DNA of 64,000 nucleotides from an uncultured bacterium (lineage in GTDB: Bacteria > Verrucomicrobiota > Verrucomicrobiia > Limisphaerales > UBA8199). The notes under the pieces were generated by a model that saw nothing but the letters and a program-made list of their open reading frames with translations, was not told the DNA's origin and did not search any database. Location: positions 462,777 to 526,776 of the forward strand of contig CAVVMW010000015.1 of assembly GCA_963749495.1 (NCBI GenBank), written 5' to 3'. The position numbers and the translations under genes are program-made. Positions 39,917-50,045 of this stretch are shown here, in pieces. Position 1 is the first letter of the stretch, and the number at the start of each line of letters is the position of its first letter.

Positions 39917-40857
39917 AACATCACACCCGAAAATCAGTCATTCTGAACCTGGGGATAGCCTCGCTGTCCATGTCTGTCTGCCTGCTCCTAACCGGCTGCG
40001 ACAAGGGAAAGGGCGGCGGCACCACAGGAGCCAAAAATGACTCTGGAACCGCCGCGACGAAACCTGTCGAGATCCGCGTTAAAGGGTCGGATACGATGAT
40101 TCAGGTTGCGACGGCATGGGCGGAGGCCTATCGCAAAGTGAAACCGAACGTCTTCGTCAATGCCAATGGCGGAGGCAGCGGCACCGGTATCGCCGCGTTG
40201 GAAAATAACAATACTGACATCTGTAATGCCTCACGCGAAATGAAGCCTGAGGAACGCGAAAAGGTAAAAGCAGCCTCCGGCAAGGAGCCGAAGGAGTTCG
40301 CAGTGGGTTACGACGCCCTGGCCGTGTACGCGCATCCTTCCAATCCGATCAAGGAGATCTCCATTGAGGAACTCCGCGAGATCTGGGCCGAGGGCGGGGC
40401 GACGACCACTTGGGAGCAAGTGAACCCGGCATTCCGAGGCAAGATTGTGTTGTTCGGCCGTCAAAATAGCTCCGGCACGTATGATTATTTTCGCGAGCAC
40501 ATTTGCGGCAAGACTGCGGACAAAAAGCAGCGCGAGTTCCGCGGCGGGATTAGCGAGATGAATGGTTCGGCGGAGGTGGTCGAGAACGTTGCGCGCACGC
40601 CTTCCGGCCTGGGCTACAGCGGGATGGGTTACAAGACACCCGCCGTAAACTGGCTGAAGATTTCCACGAAGAAAGGCGAACCGGGCGTGGAGCCGGGGGT
40701 CGAGGCCGCTCGCGCGGGCAAGTACCCGATCTCGCGCAAACTCTATATGTACACCGCCGGCGAACCGCAAGGGGAGATCAAGGCATTCATTGACTGGGTC
40801 CTATCGCCGGTCGGCCAGGAGATCGTGGCGAAAGAGGGTTTCGTGCCACTCCAGTAG
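39913..40857 (+). CDS. pstS: Phosphate ABC transporter substrate-binding lipoprotein
   Basis: LLTGC, KGSDT, GGGSGTGI, GRQNSSGTY, YPISRKLY. Confidence 0.93.
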   Translation: MKHHTRKSVILNLGIASLSMSVCLLLTGCDKGKGGGTTGAKNDSGTAATKPVEIRVKGSDTMIQVATAWAEAYRKVKPNVFVNANGGGSGTGIAALENNNTDICNASREMKPEEREKVKAASGKEPKEFAVGYDALAVYAHPSNPIKEISIEELREIWAEGGATTTWEQVNPAFRGKIVLFGRQNSSGTYDYFREHICGKTADKKQREFRGGISEMNGSAEVVENVARTPSGLGYSGMGYKTPAVNWLKISTKKGEPGVEPGVEAARAGKYPISRKLYMYTAGEPQGEIKAFIDWVLSPVGQEIVAKEGFVPLQ

Positions 40858-40859
40858 CG

Positions 40860-41933
40860 ATGGTCATGCGCAGAGCGCCGGCTGAGCGCCCGAAAGCGGC
40901 CGCCGAGTTGCCGATCATCACCCGGCTGCCTGGACCTATGCCGAAAGAGGACTCCTCGAACGCGCGTCGCAGATTCAACCTGCTCGATGCGCTCGAGAAA
41001 CCGACCGAGTGGCTCCTCCGCCTGTGCGGCTGGAGCGGCATCCTGGCGGTGGCGGCCATTTTCCTGTTCATCTTTAAAGAAGCCGCCCCGATGGTGCCGA
41101 AGCTGGACTGGGTGCATTTCTTCACCAGTCCACGCTGGATTCCCGCGCCCGGCAGCGGCAACCCTCCCAGTTTCGGCGCGCTGGCGCTGATAGTGGGCAC
41201 TCTGACCACGACTTCCATCGCACTGGTCATCGCGGTGCCGGTCGGACTGGGGGCCGCCATTTACATCTCTGAGTTTGCCCGGGGCAAAGTCAAGGAGACG
41301 CTGAAGGTCCTCATTGAGATGCTCGCAGCCATTCCGTCCATTGTCTGGGGTTTCATCGGGTTGATGGTTCTGGGGCCAATCATCAAAGGCATCTTCACCG
41401 CCGAGGCTGGAAGTTGGTGGGGCCACGTGATGGTCGCGCTCCACCTTGCCAGCAGCGAGACTGGCGCCGCCCAGGGCACGAACCTGCTGACTGGCGGCAT
41501 CGTCCTGGCTTTGATGAGCGTGCCGTTGATTGTGTCGCTCTCGGAGGACGCTCTCCGGGCCGTGCCGGATTCCTTTCGCGAGGCGGCGCTGGCGCTGGGG
41601 GCAAATCCATGGGAGATGGTGTGCCGGGTGCTCTTCCCCGCCGCGCGCAACGGGGTGCTGGCGGCCTGCATGCTGGGCATGGGACGGGCCATCGGCGAAA
41701 CGATGGCCGTGCTGCTTGCCGCCGGCCATAGCAATCGCATCCCGGCCGTGCTCACCGACCCTGTCCGGACCATGACTGCCACCATTGCCGCCGAGATGGG
41801 CGAAGCCGCGAACGGGAGTGACCACTACCGGGTTTTGTTTATTTTGGGCATCGTGCTCTTCGTCATCACGTGCAGCATTAATGTGGCCGCCGACCTGATT
41901 GTGAAGGGTGTGAGGAACCAGGACCAGGCATGA
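40860..41933 (+). CDS. pstC: Phosphate ABC transporter permease (start possibly 40938)
   Basis: AIYISE, LAAIPSIVWG, EAALALGA, RAIGETMAV. Confidence 0.92.
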   Translation: MVMRRAPAERPKAAAELPIITRLPGPMPKEDSSNARRRFNLLDALEKPTEWLLRLCGWSGILAVAAIFLFIFKEAAPMVPKLDWVHFFTSPRWIPAPGSGNPPSFGALALIVGTLTTTSIALVIAVPVGLGAAIYISEFARGKVKETLKVLIEMLAAIPSIVWGFIGLMVLGPIIKGIFTAEAGSWWGHVMVALHLASSETGAAQGTNLLTGGIVLALMSVPLIVSLSEDALRAVPDSFREAALALGANPWEMVCRVLFPAARNGVLAACMLGMGRAIGETMAVLLAAGHSNRIPAVLTDPVRTMTATIAAEMGEAANGSDHYRVLFILGIVLFVITCSINVAADLIVKGVRNQDQA

Positions 41934-42911
41934 ACACCACTGCAAGACCGGTCGCCGCCCCGGCCAATCCCTTCGCTCCGAGCCGATTCGAGCGCCGCAA
42001 GGCCCGCCGGGCCAACCGCAACAAATGGGCCCTGTTCGCGTGTTGCATGCTGTTGGTGATTCCCGTGGTTGCGATCCTGGTGTATATCTTTGTGCGGGCG
42101 GCGCCGGTCCTCTCGTTCGACTATGTTCTGGCAGAATCCCTCCAACAAAGGAAAGGAGGGTGGGCTGTGGGCGCCACTGGCGGGCACCTTCGCCCTGGTA
42201 GTCGGCTCGCTGACCTTCGTGGCGCCGGTGGGCATCCTGGCCGCCATTTACCTCAATGAGTATGCGCGCGAAGGCTGGCTGAAGCGTCTCATCAGCATCA
42301 CGGTGACCACGCTCGCTGGCGTGCCGAGCATTGTGCACGGGCTTTTCGGAGTGGGCGCGTTCGTGTTGGGCCTGCTGCCCGCCCTCAATCATTTGCTGGC
42401 CGACCCTCGGAACCCGGGCACCAGATGGCAGGCTGGGCTGCTGACCGCCTCCATGACTATCGCCGTCATGACGCTGCCAGTGATTATCACGGCTTCCCGC
42501 GAAGCCTTGGGCGCAGTGCCGCATCCCTTCCGAGAGGCGTGCTGGAACCTTGGCGCCACTCGGTGGCAGACCATCCGCACCATCGTCCTGCCCAATTCCT
42601 TGGGCGGGATCCTGACGGGCGTCATTCTGGAGATTTGCCGCGCCGCGGGCGAGACGGCTCCCATTCTCTTCACCGGCGCTACCTTCTTCAAATTCGTTGC
42701 TGACCAGGGCTGGGGCAAAGTGTTTCCCTACGGCCTCCGTGAGCCGTTCATGGCGATGGCGATGCACCTGCACGTGATCTCCAGCCAGATTTCGCAAATG
42801 CCCGAGGGGATGAAGTTCGGGTGCGCAGCGGTGCTCATCGGCCTCATCTTGTTCATCAACAGCTTCGCCATCGCGCTCCGGGTTTGGCTGCGTGGCCGCA
42901 AACGCTGGTAG
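41930..42911 (+). CDS. pstA: Phosphate ABC transporter permease (frameshift near 42132)
   Basis: AAIYLNEY, LAGVPSIVHGLFG, LGATRWQTI, RAAGETAP. Confidence 0.9.
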
Positions 42912-42917
42912 CGGCGC

Positions 42918-43682
42918 ATGAGCGATCCCCACCCTCACATCGAATTTCGTCGCGTTTCCGCCTTTTACGGCTCGAAGCAGGTGCTGCGGGACGTGAGCTT
43001 TGGCGTGCAGCGGAACACCGCTTTTGGGATCATTGGCCCCGCCAACTCGGGCAAGACGACCCTGCTCAAGGCCATCAACCGAACCCTCGATTTCGTGGGC
43101 GGCGCGCGTGTCAACGGCCAGGTGCTCGTCAACGGCGAGGATGTTGTCGCCATGCGCAACCCGAACGAGCTGCGCCGGCGCATCGGCATGGTATTCCCGC
43201 TGCCGGTTGGGCTGCCCTTGACCATTTATGAGAATGTGGCCTATGCCCCCCGTCGCATGGGGATCGCTGACAAAGCGCAACTGGATGAAATCGTCGAACG
43301 TTCCCTGCGCCAAGCGGTCCTCTGGGATGAAGTGAAGGACCGCCTGGGCACGCTGGGCACGCGGCTTTCGGGTGGCCAGCAACAGCGGCTCACCCTGGCA
43401 CGCGCCCTCTCGCTTTCCCCAGAGATCCTCTGCCTGGACGAATTCAGCATCGCCATTGACCCGGTCACCACCATGCGCATTGAGGAGGTGCTTAAAGAGT
43501 TGAAGCGGACCATCACCATCGTGCTGGTCACGAACCTGGTCCAGCAAGCCCGTCGCCTGGCCGACCAAACCATGTTTCTTTGGAATGGAGAAATCGTCGA
43601 ACTCGACCGGACCGACATCATTTTCTCCGACCAGCCGGCCAATCGAAAAACGTACGATTACGTCAATGGCATCTTCGGATGA
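42918..43682 (+). CDS. pstB: Phosphate ABC transporter ATP-binding protein (copy 1)
   Basis: GPANSGKTT, LSGGQQQRL, YVNGIFG. Confidence 0.88.
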   Translation: MSDPHPHIEFRRVSAFYGSKQVLRDVSFGVQRNTAFGIIGPANSGKTTLLKAINRTLDFVGGARVNGQVLVNGEDVVAMRNPNELRRRIGMVFPLPVGLPLTIYENVAYAPRRMGIADKAQLDEIVERSLRQAVLWDEVKDRLGTLGTRLSGGQQQRLTLARALSLSPEILCLDEFSIAIDPVTTMRIEEVLKELKRTITIVLVTNLVQQARRLADQTMFLWNGEIVELDRTDIIFSDQPANRKTYDYVNGIFG

Positions 43683-44456
43683 GCGACCTCGCCGGCCATA
43701 GCATTACCACGCGCAGCCTCAACCTCTGGTATGGCAAGTTCCAGGCGCTCATCAATGTTACCCTCGACATTAAGGACGGCCTGATCACGTCCCTGATCGG
43801 CCCCTCCGGTTGCGGCAAGACCACGTTGCTGCGCTGCTTCAATCGGTTGAACGAGCGGTACGGTTACGTGACGACTAACGGCGAAATCAAAATCCTTGGC
43901 AAGAATATCTATGACCCGGATGTGTCCCTGATCGAGCTGCGCAAGGCCGTCGGCATGGTTTTCCAGCGGCCCAATCCGTTGCCGATTTCAGTTTACGAGA
44001 ATGTGGTGTTTGGCCTGCGGGTCCATAGTGAACGGCGGGAGTTCAAGCGCTCGCTGCTCGACACTGCGGTCGAGACCGCGCTCACGGAAGTCGGCCTGTG
44101 GGGAGATCTCAAGGATCGGCTGGGTGCCAAAGCCACCACCCTCCAGCTCGAACAGCAGCAGAAACTCTGCATCGCCCGGCTCTTGCCCCTCAAGCCCCGA
44201 GTCATCCTGATGGACGAACCCTGCTCCGCCCTCGACGTGGAAGGCACCCGGGCCATCGAGGAGCTCGATCTTCGGCCTCAAAGGGCGCTACACGATCTTG
44301 ATCGTCACGCACAACATGGCCCAGGCCCGCCGCGCCAGCGACGAGTGCATCTTCATGCTGCTCGGGGAGATGATCGAGCACCGCCGCACCGGGGAACTCT
44401 TCCTGACTCCAAAGCATCCCAAGACCGCAGAGTATATCGAGGGACGGTATGGCTGA
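43679..44456 (+). CDS. pstB: Phosphate ABC transporter ATP-binding protein (copy 2; frameshift near 44270)
   Basis: GPSGCGKTT, GMVFQRPNP, MDEPCSALD, VTHNMAQA, YIEGRYG. Confidence 0.88.
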
Positions 44457-44659
44457 GGTACTGGGCGGCGTTTTCCCGGACCGACACCTTGTCTTTGTCC
44501 ACGGCCCAGACCAACGGTGCGCAGCCCTCAAGACGAACCAAACTATGGTTTGGGCGAGCCCTGGGGAAAGCGCAATGAGGAAATGGAGGGTTTTCCCGTT
44601 GCTGACGCCCAAACCGAATCGCACCAGTCCCGATGATGGCAGTTGCGGTCTGCCCATGC

Positions 44660-45115
44660 TTAGTGTTGGGAGGCGTGGGCCTCCAGAGTGTGAGTCAGGT
44701 ACTCCTCGCTCATCTGCTTGTCCCCGTGCTCCGGGTTGGGGATGAGCTTCCGGCTTTGTGGGTCCACGACGAGGTCGAGATATTCCAGCGGAATCTGGCC
44801 CAGGAGATTGGGCACATCGTCGTCCATTTCCACCACCTCGAATACGCCGTTGCGGCCCATAAGTTCCAAGCGCACTGGCTCGAAGACCGCGCGGCGACGC
44901 ACGCCATTCGTGGTCTTGGATTGCACTTCGCTTTCCTTGTGCAGGCCCAGCGCCTTGATGAGGCTGGACTGGACGTAAAGCCGCGTGGCTCCGGTGTCCA
45001 CCAGCGCCTCGGCTTCGACGGTGCGGGGTTTCGCCCTGGACAGTTTACGACGGGCGGCAACCAAGTCTCCCTGGTTGGTCAGCTTGATTTTGACGACGAC
45101 TTTACCCACGTGCAA
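44660..45115 (-). CDS. Clan AA (retropepsin-like) aspartic protease
   Basis: ALVDTGAT, LLGQIPLEYLDLVVDP...LIPNP. Confidence 0.8.
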   Translation of the reverse strand: MHVGKVVVKIKLTNQGDLVAARRKLSRAKPRTVEAEALVDTGATRLYVQSSLIKALGLHKESEVQSKTTNGVRRRAVFEPVRLELMGRNGVFEVVEMDDDVPNLLGQIPLEYLDLVVDPQSRKLIPNPEHGDKQMSEEYLTHTLEAHASQH

Positions 45116-45166
45116 ATTGTGCGCGATCCAAGCAGACGGCGCAAGGACAGAATATTACGCAACGGT

Positions 45167-45183
45167 TGTCACCTGATTGTAAC
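45167..45183 (+). promoter_or_regulatory. Pho-box-like repeat
   Basis: TGTCAC-5nt-TGTAAC, same pattern as the 38693 array. Confidence 0.6.
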
Positions 45184-45235
45184 GTGTCCTCCGTTGAAAC
45201 GCAGCAGAGCGGGGGTACGCTTGCACCATGTGGCT

Positions 45236-45644
45236 ATGAAAACCGTCTTTGAAGGCGAGGACCGCCAGGCCCTTGGACGGCACGGGTTGCCCGGTAACGA
45301 GCCTGGCTGGGGATCGGCAATAACGGACCGCAGCAGACGCGGCGAGGCCCGGACGGATCGCGACGCACCCACTGTAATTGAGGTCACCGCGGAGGTCGGG
45401 CGCGGCGACTCGATCTTCGTTCGCGGCCAGGGGGGTGGCCTGCGCTGGGACAGGGGCCGCCGGCTGGCGTGCACAGGTCCGGAGCACTGGATTTGGTGGG
45501 CCAGCGGACCGCACGAGGACATCGAATTCCAACTCTTGCTCAACGACCAGATCTGGCTCGTGGAAAAAACCTGGTCCTTGGAGCCGGCGAGAGATCCAAG
45601 TGTCTCCCGATTTCGAGTGGCCGGAGATTCCCCGCACTGCTTAG
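45236..45644 (+). CDS. Small protein with CBM20-like beta domain (frameshifted near 45560-45610)
   Basis: SIFVRGQGGGLRWDRG...WIW...EFQLLLNDQIW. Confidence 0.5.
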
Positions 45645-46014
45645 CGTGCCGGCCAACGGTCTCCTTCACTTGGCCGATCAGGGATTTGACGCTGAAAGGC
45701 TTGATGACGTAGGCATCCGCTCCGGCTTCCAACCCGGCAAGGCGGGAGAGTTGGCTGGTCAGGGCCGTCACAATGATGATGGGGATCGAGGCCGTGGCCG
45801 GGTCGCGCCTCAGGATCTCGCAGACGGCGAATCCGTCAAGCTCCGGGAGCATCAGGTCCAGGAGAACAAGGTCCGGCAGCAGCGAGCGGGCCTTCTTGAG
45901 GGCCTCGATGCCATCCGTAGCGGTTCCCACGCGAAAGCCGGCCCCCTTGAGGCTGAACCGGAGCAGTTCAACCATATCGGCGTCGTCCTCCACCACCAGA
46001 ATTCTCTTTTGCAC
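45640..46014 (-). CDS. Response regulator receiver-domain protein, PhoB-like receiver without an evident DNA-binding domain (3' end uncertain)
   Basis: ILVVEDD, LLDLMLP, IIVTA, GADAYVIKPF. Confidence 0.8.
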
Positions 46015-46059
46015 TCTGTTCTGCTTATCACGAGAATAATGAAGCCGGAGGACAAAGAG

Positions 46060-46076
46060 GTTACGATCCCGTGACA
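46060..46076 (-). promoter_or_regulatory. Pho-box-like repeat upstream of the response regulator
   Basis: Minus strand TGTCAC-5nt-CGTAAC, followed by a TATTCT -10-like hexamer. Confidence 0.55.
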
Positions 46077-46137
46077 TCGCCGCAGGACTCCGAAGCGGCT
46101 GCGATTAGAAGCGGCGGGCATGCGCCTCGGGAGTTTT

Positions 46138-46325
46138 GTCCCGGAGGGACATGTGACAATAGCCCGGCGTTTCAACGCCGGGGAGGCGACAAAAGGGACC
46201 CTCGTCCCGAAGGGACGACTGAGAACACTCCGTGCTTTCAGCCGTCCCTTCGGGACGGACCTGCGCCTGGGGTCCGCTCACCCGGCGTTGAAACGCCGGG
46301 CTATTGTCGGAAGCCCCTTCGGGGC
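46138..46325. repeat. REPIN-like nested palindrome
   Basis: GACAATAGCCCGGCGTTTCAACGCCGGG...CCCGGCGTTGAAACGCCGGGCTATTGTC with inner GTCCCGAAGGGAC hairpins. Confidence 0.8.
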
Positions 46326-46354
46326 AAAAAGGCGCCGTGGGCTGACCGACAGTT

Positions 46355-47497
46355 TTAATCGCACCCCCCCGAAGCCCCGCATGGCGGTTTCATTTCCTTC
46401 ATCACTCGCTGAATCGCGCTGACGAGTTGCTCGATGTCCGCGGGGAAGAGCCTGCCAATGCAGCCAATCCGGAAGGTGTCCACCCGCGTCAGCTTGCCCG
46501 GGTAGATAATGAATCCCCTCTCGCTGAGTCTGCGGTAGAAGCTGGGAAAGTCGAAGTCCGCGGCCGGATAATGGAAGGCCGTGATGACGTGGCTCTGCAC
46601 GGTGGGATCGAGCAGAGGGCGAAAGCCCAGCCGCCTCATGCCGGCCAGGAGCGCCTCATGGTTCCGGCGGTAACGCTCGCTGCGGGCGGTAATGCCGCCC
46701 TCCAGTTCGAGTTCGCGCAGGGCCTGGTCAAAGGCCAGGATGGCATGGGTCGGCGGCGTGAAGCGGAACTGGCCGTTCTTCTCGAAGCCAATCAGTTGGT
46801 CCAGCAGGTCGAGGCTGAGGCTGCGGGCAAGACCCTGGCTGCGCAAGAGCAGCTCGCGCCTGGCAAAGACGAAGGAGAACCCGGGCACGCCCTCGATGCA
46901 CTTGTTGGCCGAGGAGACCAGGAAATCAACGCCGCCGGCGGCGAAGTCGATCGGCATCCCGCCGAAGCTGCTCATGGCGTCCACGAGGAAGACCTTGCCG
47001 TGGCGCCGGACCACGCGGCCGATGGGTTCGATGGGATTGAGAACGCCCGTTGTGGTTTCACAATGCACCGCCGCCACGTGGGTGATCGCCGGATCGCCCG
47101 CGAGGCATGCCTCGACGGCCTTCGGGTCGAGCGCGGTGTCTTCGGGAGCACGGGCGATAACGTGGCCAATGCGCGCGCGCTCGAGCATCTGCGCCATGCG
47201 CTGGCCGTAGGCGCCATTGACCAGGACGGCAACCTTGCCCTCCGGCGGCACGCACGTCTGAAAGACCGCTTCGACGCCAAAGGTGCCGCTGCCCTGGAGC
47301 AACACGACCTCCCAGCCGCCCTCACGGTCGAGGCCGGCGAGCCTGAGCAACCGCTCGCGCACGCTGGCGACAATCGCGTTGAACTCGGAGTCCCAGGAAC
47401 CGGCGTCGCGCAGCATGGCCTGTTTGACGCTCAGGCTCGTGGTCAATGGTCCGGGCGTAAAGAGCAACTTGTCCCGGGCGGGAGGCAGCGTGTTCAT
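46355..47497 (-). CDS. phnW: 2-aminoethylphosphonate--pyruvate transaminase
   Basis: LLFTPGPLTTS, LQGSGTFGVEA, VHCETTTG, VDAMSSFG, SSANKCIEGVPG, QFRFTPPTH, IYPGKLT. Confidence 0.93.
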   Translation of the reverse strand: MNTLPPARDKLLFTPGPLTTSLSVKQAMLRDAGSWDSEFNAIVASVRERLLRLAGLDREGGWEVVLLQGSGTFGVEAVFQTCVPPEGKVAVLVNGAYGQRMAQMLERARIGHVIARAPEDTALDPKAVEACLAGDPAITHVAAVHCETTTGVLNPIEPIGRVVRRHGKVFLVDAMSSFGGMPIDFAAGGVDFLVSSANKCIEGVPGFSFVFARRELLLRSQGLARSLSLDLLDQLIGFEKNGQFRFTPPTHAILAFDQALRELELEGGITARSERYRRNHEALLAGMRRLGFRPLLDPTVQSHVITAFHYPAADFDFPSFYRRLSERGFIIYPGKLTRVDTFRIGCIGRLFPADIEQLVSAIQRVMKEMKPPCGASGGCD

Positions 47498-47569
47498 GCT
47501 GGGAAAGCCTCACTTAGCGGTTGCGAATGCATTGTGGCTAGGAACGGTTAGGGGCCACGAGGGCGCGAA

Positions 47570-47652
47570 GCGTTTTGGACTGCGGCAGTCCTCTGCCGCT
47601 TTCTTGACCCTGGGGACGCGAAAGCGCCAGAGGACTGGCGCAGTCCAAAACC
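47570..47652. repeat. REP-like palindrome, same family as 11821-11903
   Basis: TTTTGGACTGCGGCAGTCCTCTGCCGCTTT...AAAGCGCCAGAGGACTGGCGCAGTCCAAAA. Confidence 0.8.
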
Positions 47653-47684
47653 TTCGGATTCGGTGGCCGTTCATGCAAAGGCGG

Positions 47685-48379
47685 TTAGTCGCGGGCCGAC
47701 AGGAGGGCAAGCAGTCGTTCGAGCCCGGGGATGAGGTGTGTGTGCGGGTAGGCCGCCAGTTGCGCACGGGTGTGCGTGCCGTTGGTCACACCGATCACCA
47801 GGCCGCAGCCTGCAGCGGTGCCCTCGAGGAGATCGGAGGGGGTGTCTCCCACCTTGGCGACGCGGCGGACCTCCGTGACGCCCGTGCGTTTCATCGCCTC
47901 GAAAAGTAGATCCGGGTGCGGACATGTCCGCGCCGCACCTCGTCGCTCGCTACCGTAGCGTCGAGCACGCCGGGCAGATCCCAGCCCAGCCGCTGCAAGA
48001 TCACATCCACAATCTCGCGGCTGAAACCGGTGTCGAGCGCCACCGCTATCCCTTCCTCGTGCAATTGCCGAAACAGGCCGCTCGCGCCGGGCACCTCGCC
48101 GACGCCGGCGTCCGTCCGATAGAACTCAATCATCGCGCGCAGGAAATTGTCGTGCAGACGCGTCACCTCAGCGGGTGCGGCGCCGGTCCCGCGCTTCTGC
48201 GACCAGAGAGCGGCGATGGCCTCGGGCTTGGGCCTGCCCATCACGGCGTTGACCTCATCGCGAGTGACCTGCACGCCTCCGGCGGCCAGGGCCGTCTGCA
48301 GGCAGCGGTTTACGGCGTCGTCGTCGCGGACCGTCGTGCCCGCCATGTCAAAAACAACCAGTGCGATTTCGCTTTTCAT
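47685..48379 (-). CDS. Phosphonatase-like HAD hydrolase, PhnX-like (frameshift near 47925)
   Basis: VFDMAGTTV, MGRPK, ALDTGF, KVGDTPSD; immediately upstream of phnW. Confidence 0.82.
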
Positions 48380-48432
48380 GTTCAGTCCGTGTTCGTCCAT
48401 GTTCATCCGTGGTTGAGGTGCTGTTTCCAGGG

Positions 48433-49732
48433 TCAGGAATATTGTGAACGCGCAACCGGCGCGCGGCCGGTTCGCTCATAGAGGAAAAGGCAGAGGATGG
48501 CCGAGACCGCGGCCAACGCGGCCAGGCAATTGAAGCCGAGGCGATAGCCGCCGAGGTCAAGGATGCGCCCGAACTGCTGGCCGGCTAAAATCGCGGCCAA
48601 ATAGCCGCTGCCATCCACCATGCCCGCCACGGTGGCCACAAATTCCGGGCCGCGGATCTCGACCGCCATCACTCCGGCCAGCAGGCTGTAGGGTCCATAC
48701 ACCAGGAAGCCGATGCCTCCGACGGCGGCCATGCCGAGCCAGACGCTGCGATCGCCCAGAGAGGGGAGCGCCAGCACCAGCGCCGCCAGGACGGTGAGTA
48801 TCCAGAAGATCAGCCAGGTCCGCGTCCGGTGGCCGATCCGCCCGAAGACCCAGCCCAAGAGGAGAATGCCCAGCGCCCCCAACGCGTCGAACGGCGTCGA
48901 GAGAAACGCCGCTATCCGGCTCGAGGTCTCGGCCCCGCCGGCGGTCTGGAAGAAATCGACCGCCCAGGTGTTGAAGGTCTCGCGGAAGAGTGTCAGCGTG
49001 AAACTCAGGGCGCAAAGGATCCAGAAACGGCGGAGGGCGAGCAGTTCGGCGACTTGGCGGAATTGAAAGGCCTCGTGGCTGGGTCTCTCCGTTTGTTCGC
49101 GTGACACCACTACGCCGCCTCTCGGGAGGACGACCCAGCACACCAGGAAAATTGCGGCGAGCACAATCGCGGGTCCGCCCATGACCCACCGCCAGTTGTT
49201 GCCGCTCCACTCCGCGATGGCCCCCGCCAGGAGCGTCGCGCACAGCCCGCCAAAGACGAAGCCAAGCGACAACACCCCCATCGCCAGAGGCAATGACCGG
49301 GCGGAAAACCAGTTCGGCACCTGCTTTACCATCCCGCCCCAGCCGGCCGCGCCCGCCAGGCGATTGAGGCTATAGACCAGCGTCAGCGCCGGCAGCGAAC
49401 CGACAACACCCCCCGCCGCGCCGAACACCCCCACCCCCAACAGCGCCAGCAGAAAGGCCAGCGCCCCCGATCCGATCAATGACCGGTCCAAAGGCGAACT
49501 TCCCCGCCATGTATGCCAGCGTGCTCCAACTGGCAACCTCGCCGATCTGTTCTTTGCTCAGACCGAAGGCCTGGCGGATGAGCGGGTTGGCCACCGAGAA
49601 ATTCTTCCGGCAGAGGTAAATGCCGATATACCCCAGCACCAGCACACCCAGCAGGAACCACGGCGGCCAGGCCCCGGCAGCGCGCTCGCGCGCCGCGCCC
49701 AGTGTTCCGACATCGGGCGTTTGGCTTGCCAT
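48433..49732 (-). CDS. MFS transporter, GlpT/UhpT (organophosphate antiporter)-like (frameshift near 49470)
   Basis: YLCRKNFS, AYMAGKF, VAGMVDGSGYL. Confidence 0.8.
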
Positions 49733-49857
49733 CACGAGTCACTCCACTTTCCAGGCAGAGTGTGGCCCGGACCTATGACGATTCGAGGGCGGGCGTGTAG
49801 CGAATGCGTTACGAAAACCGCGCCGGGCCGCGTCTCGGGAACTTCGGAGCGTTTATT

Positions 49858-49933
49858 GAACCGCAGAGACGCAAAGAACGCAGAGGTTGGCTTCGCGTCT
49901 CTTCTCCGCGTTCTTTGCGTCTCTGCGGTTTCA
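49858..49933. repeat. Inverted 9-mer array (AACCGCAGAGACGCAAAGAACGC / GCGTTCTTTGCGTCTCTGCGGTT) with no cargo
   Basis: Read directly. Confidence 0.8.
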
Positions 49934-50045
49934 TTGGCCTTCCGAAAGCCCCCATGGGTTCCCCAAGCAGTCTCAACGTCCCCTCGCCGCGCTCTCACGC
50001 TCCACGCTTTGCGCTCCACGCTGTGGTTGCGGCTTCGGCGGATCT

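Noticed and set aside
40743..43568. 941-aa antisense ORF and similar long shadow ORFs (e.g. 306-2252, 7182-8687, 21695-23419)
   Set aside because: Antisense shadows of real high-GC genes.
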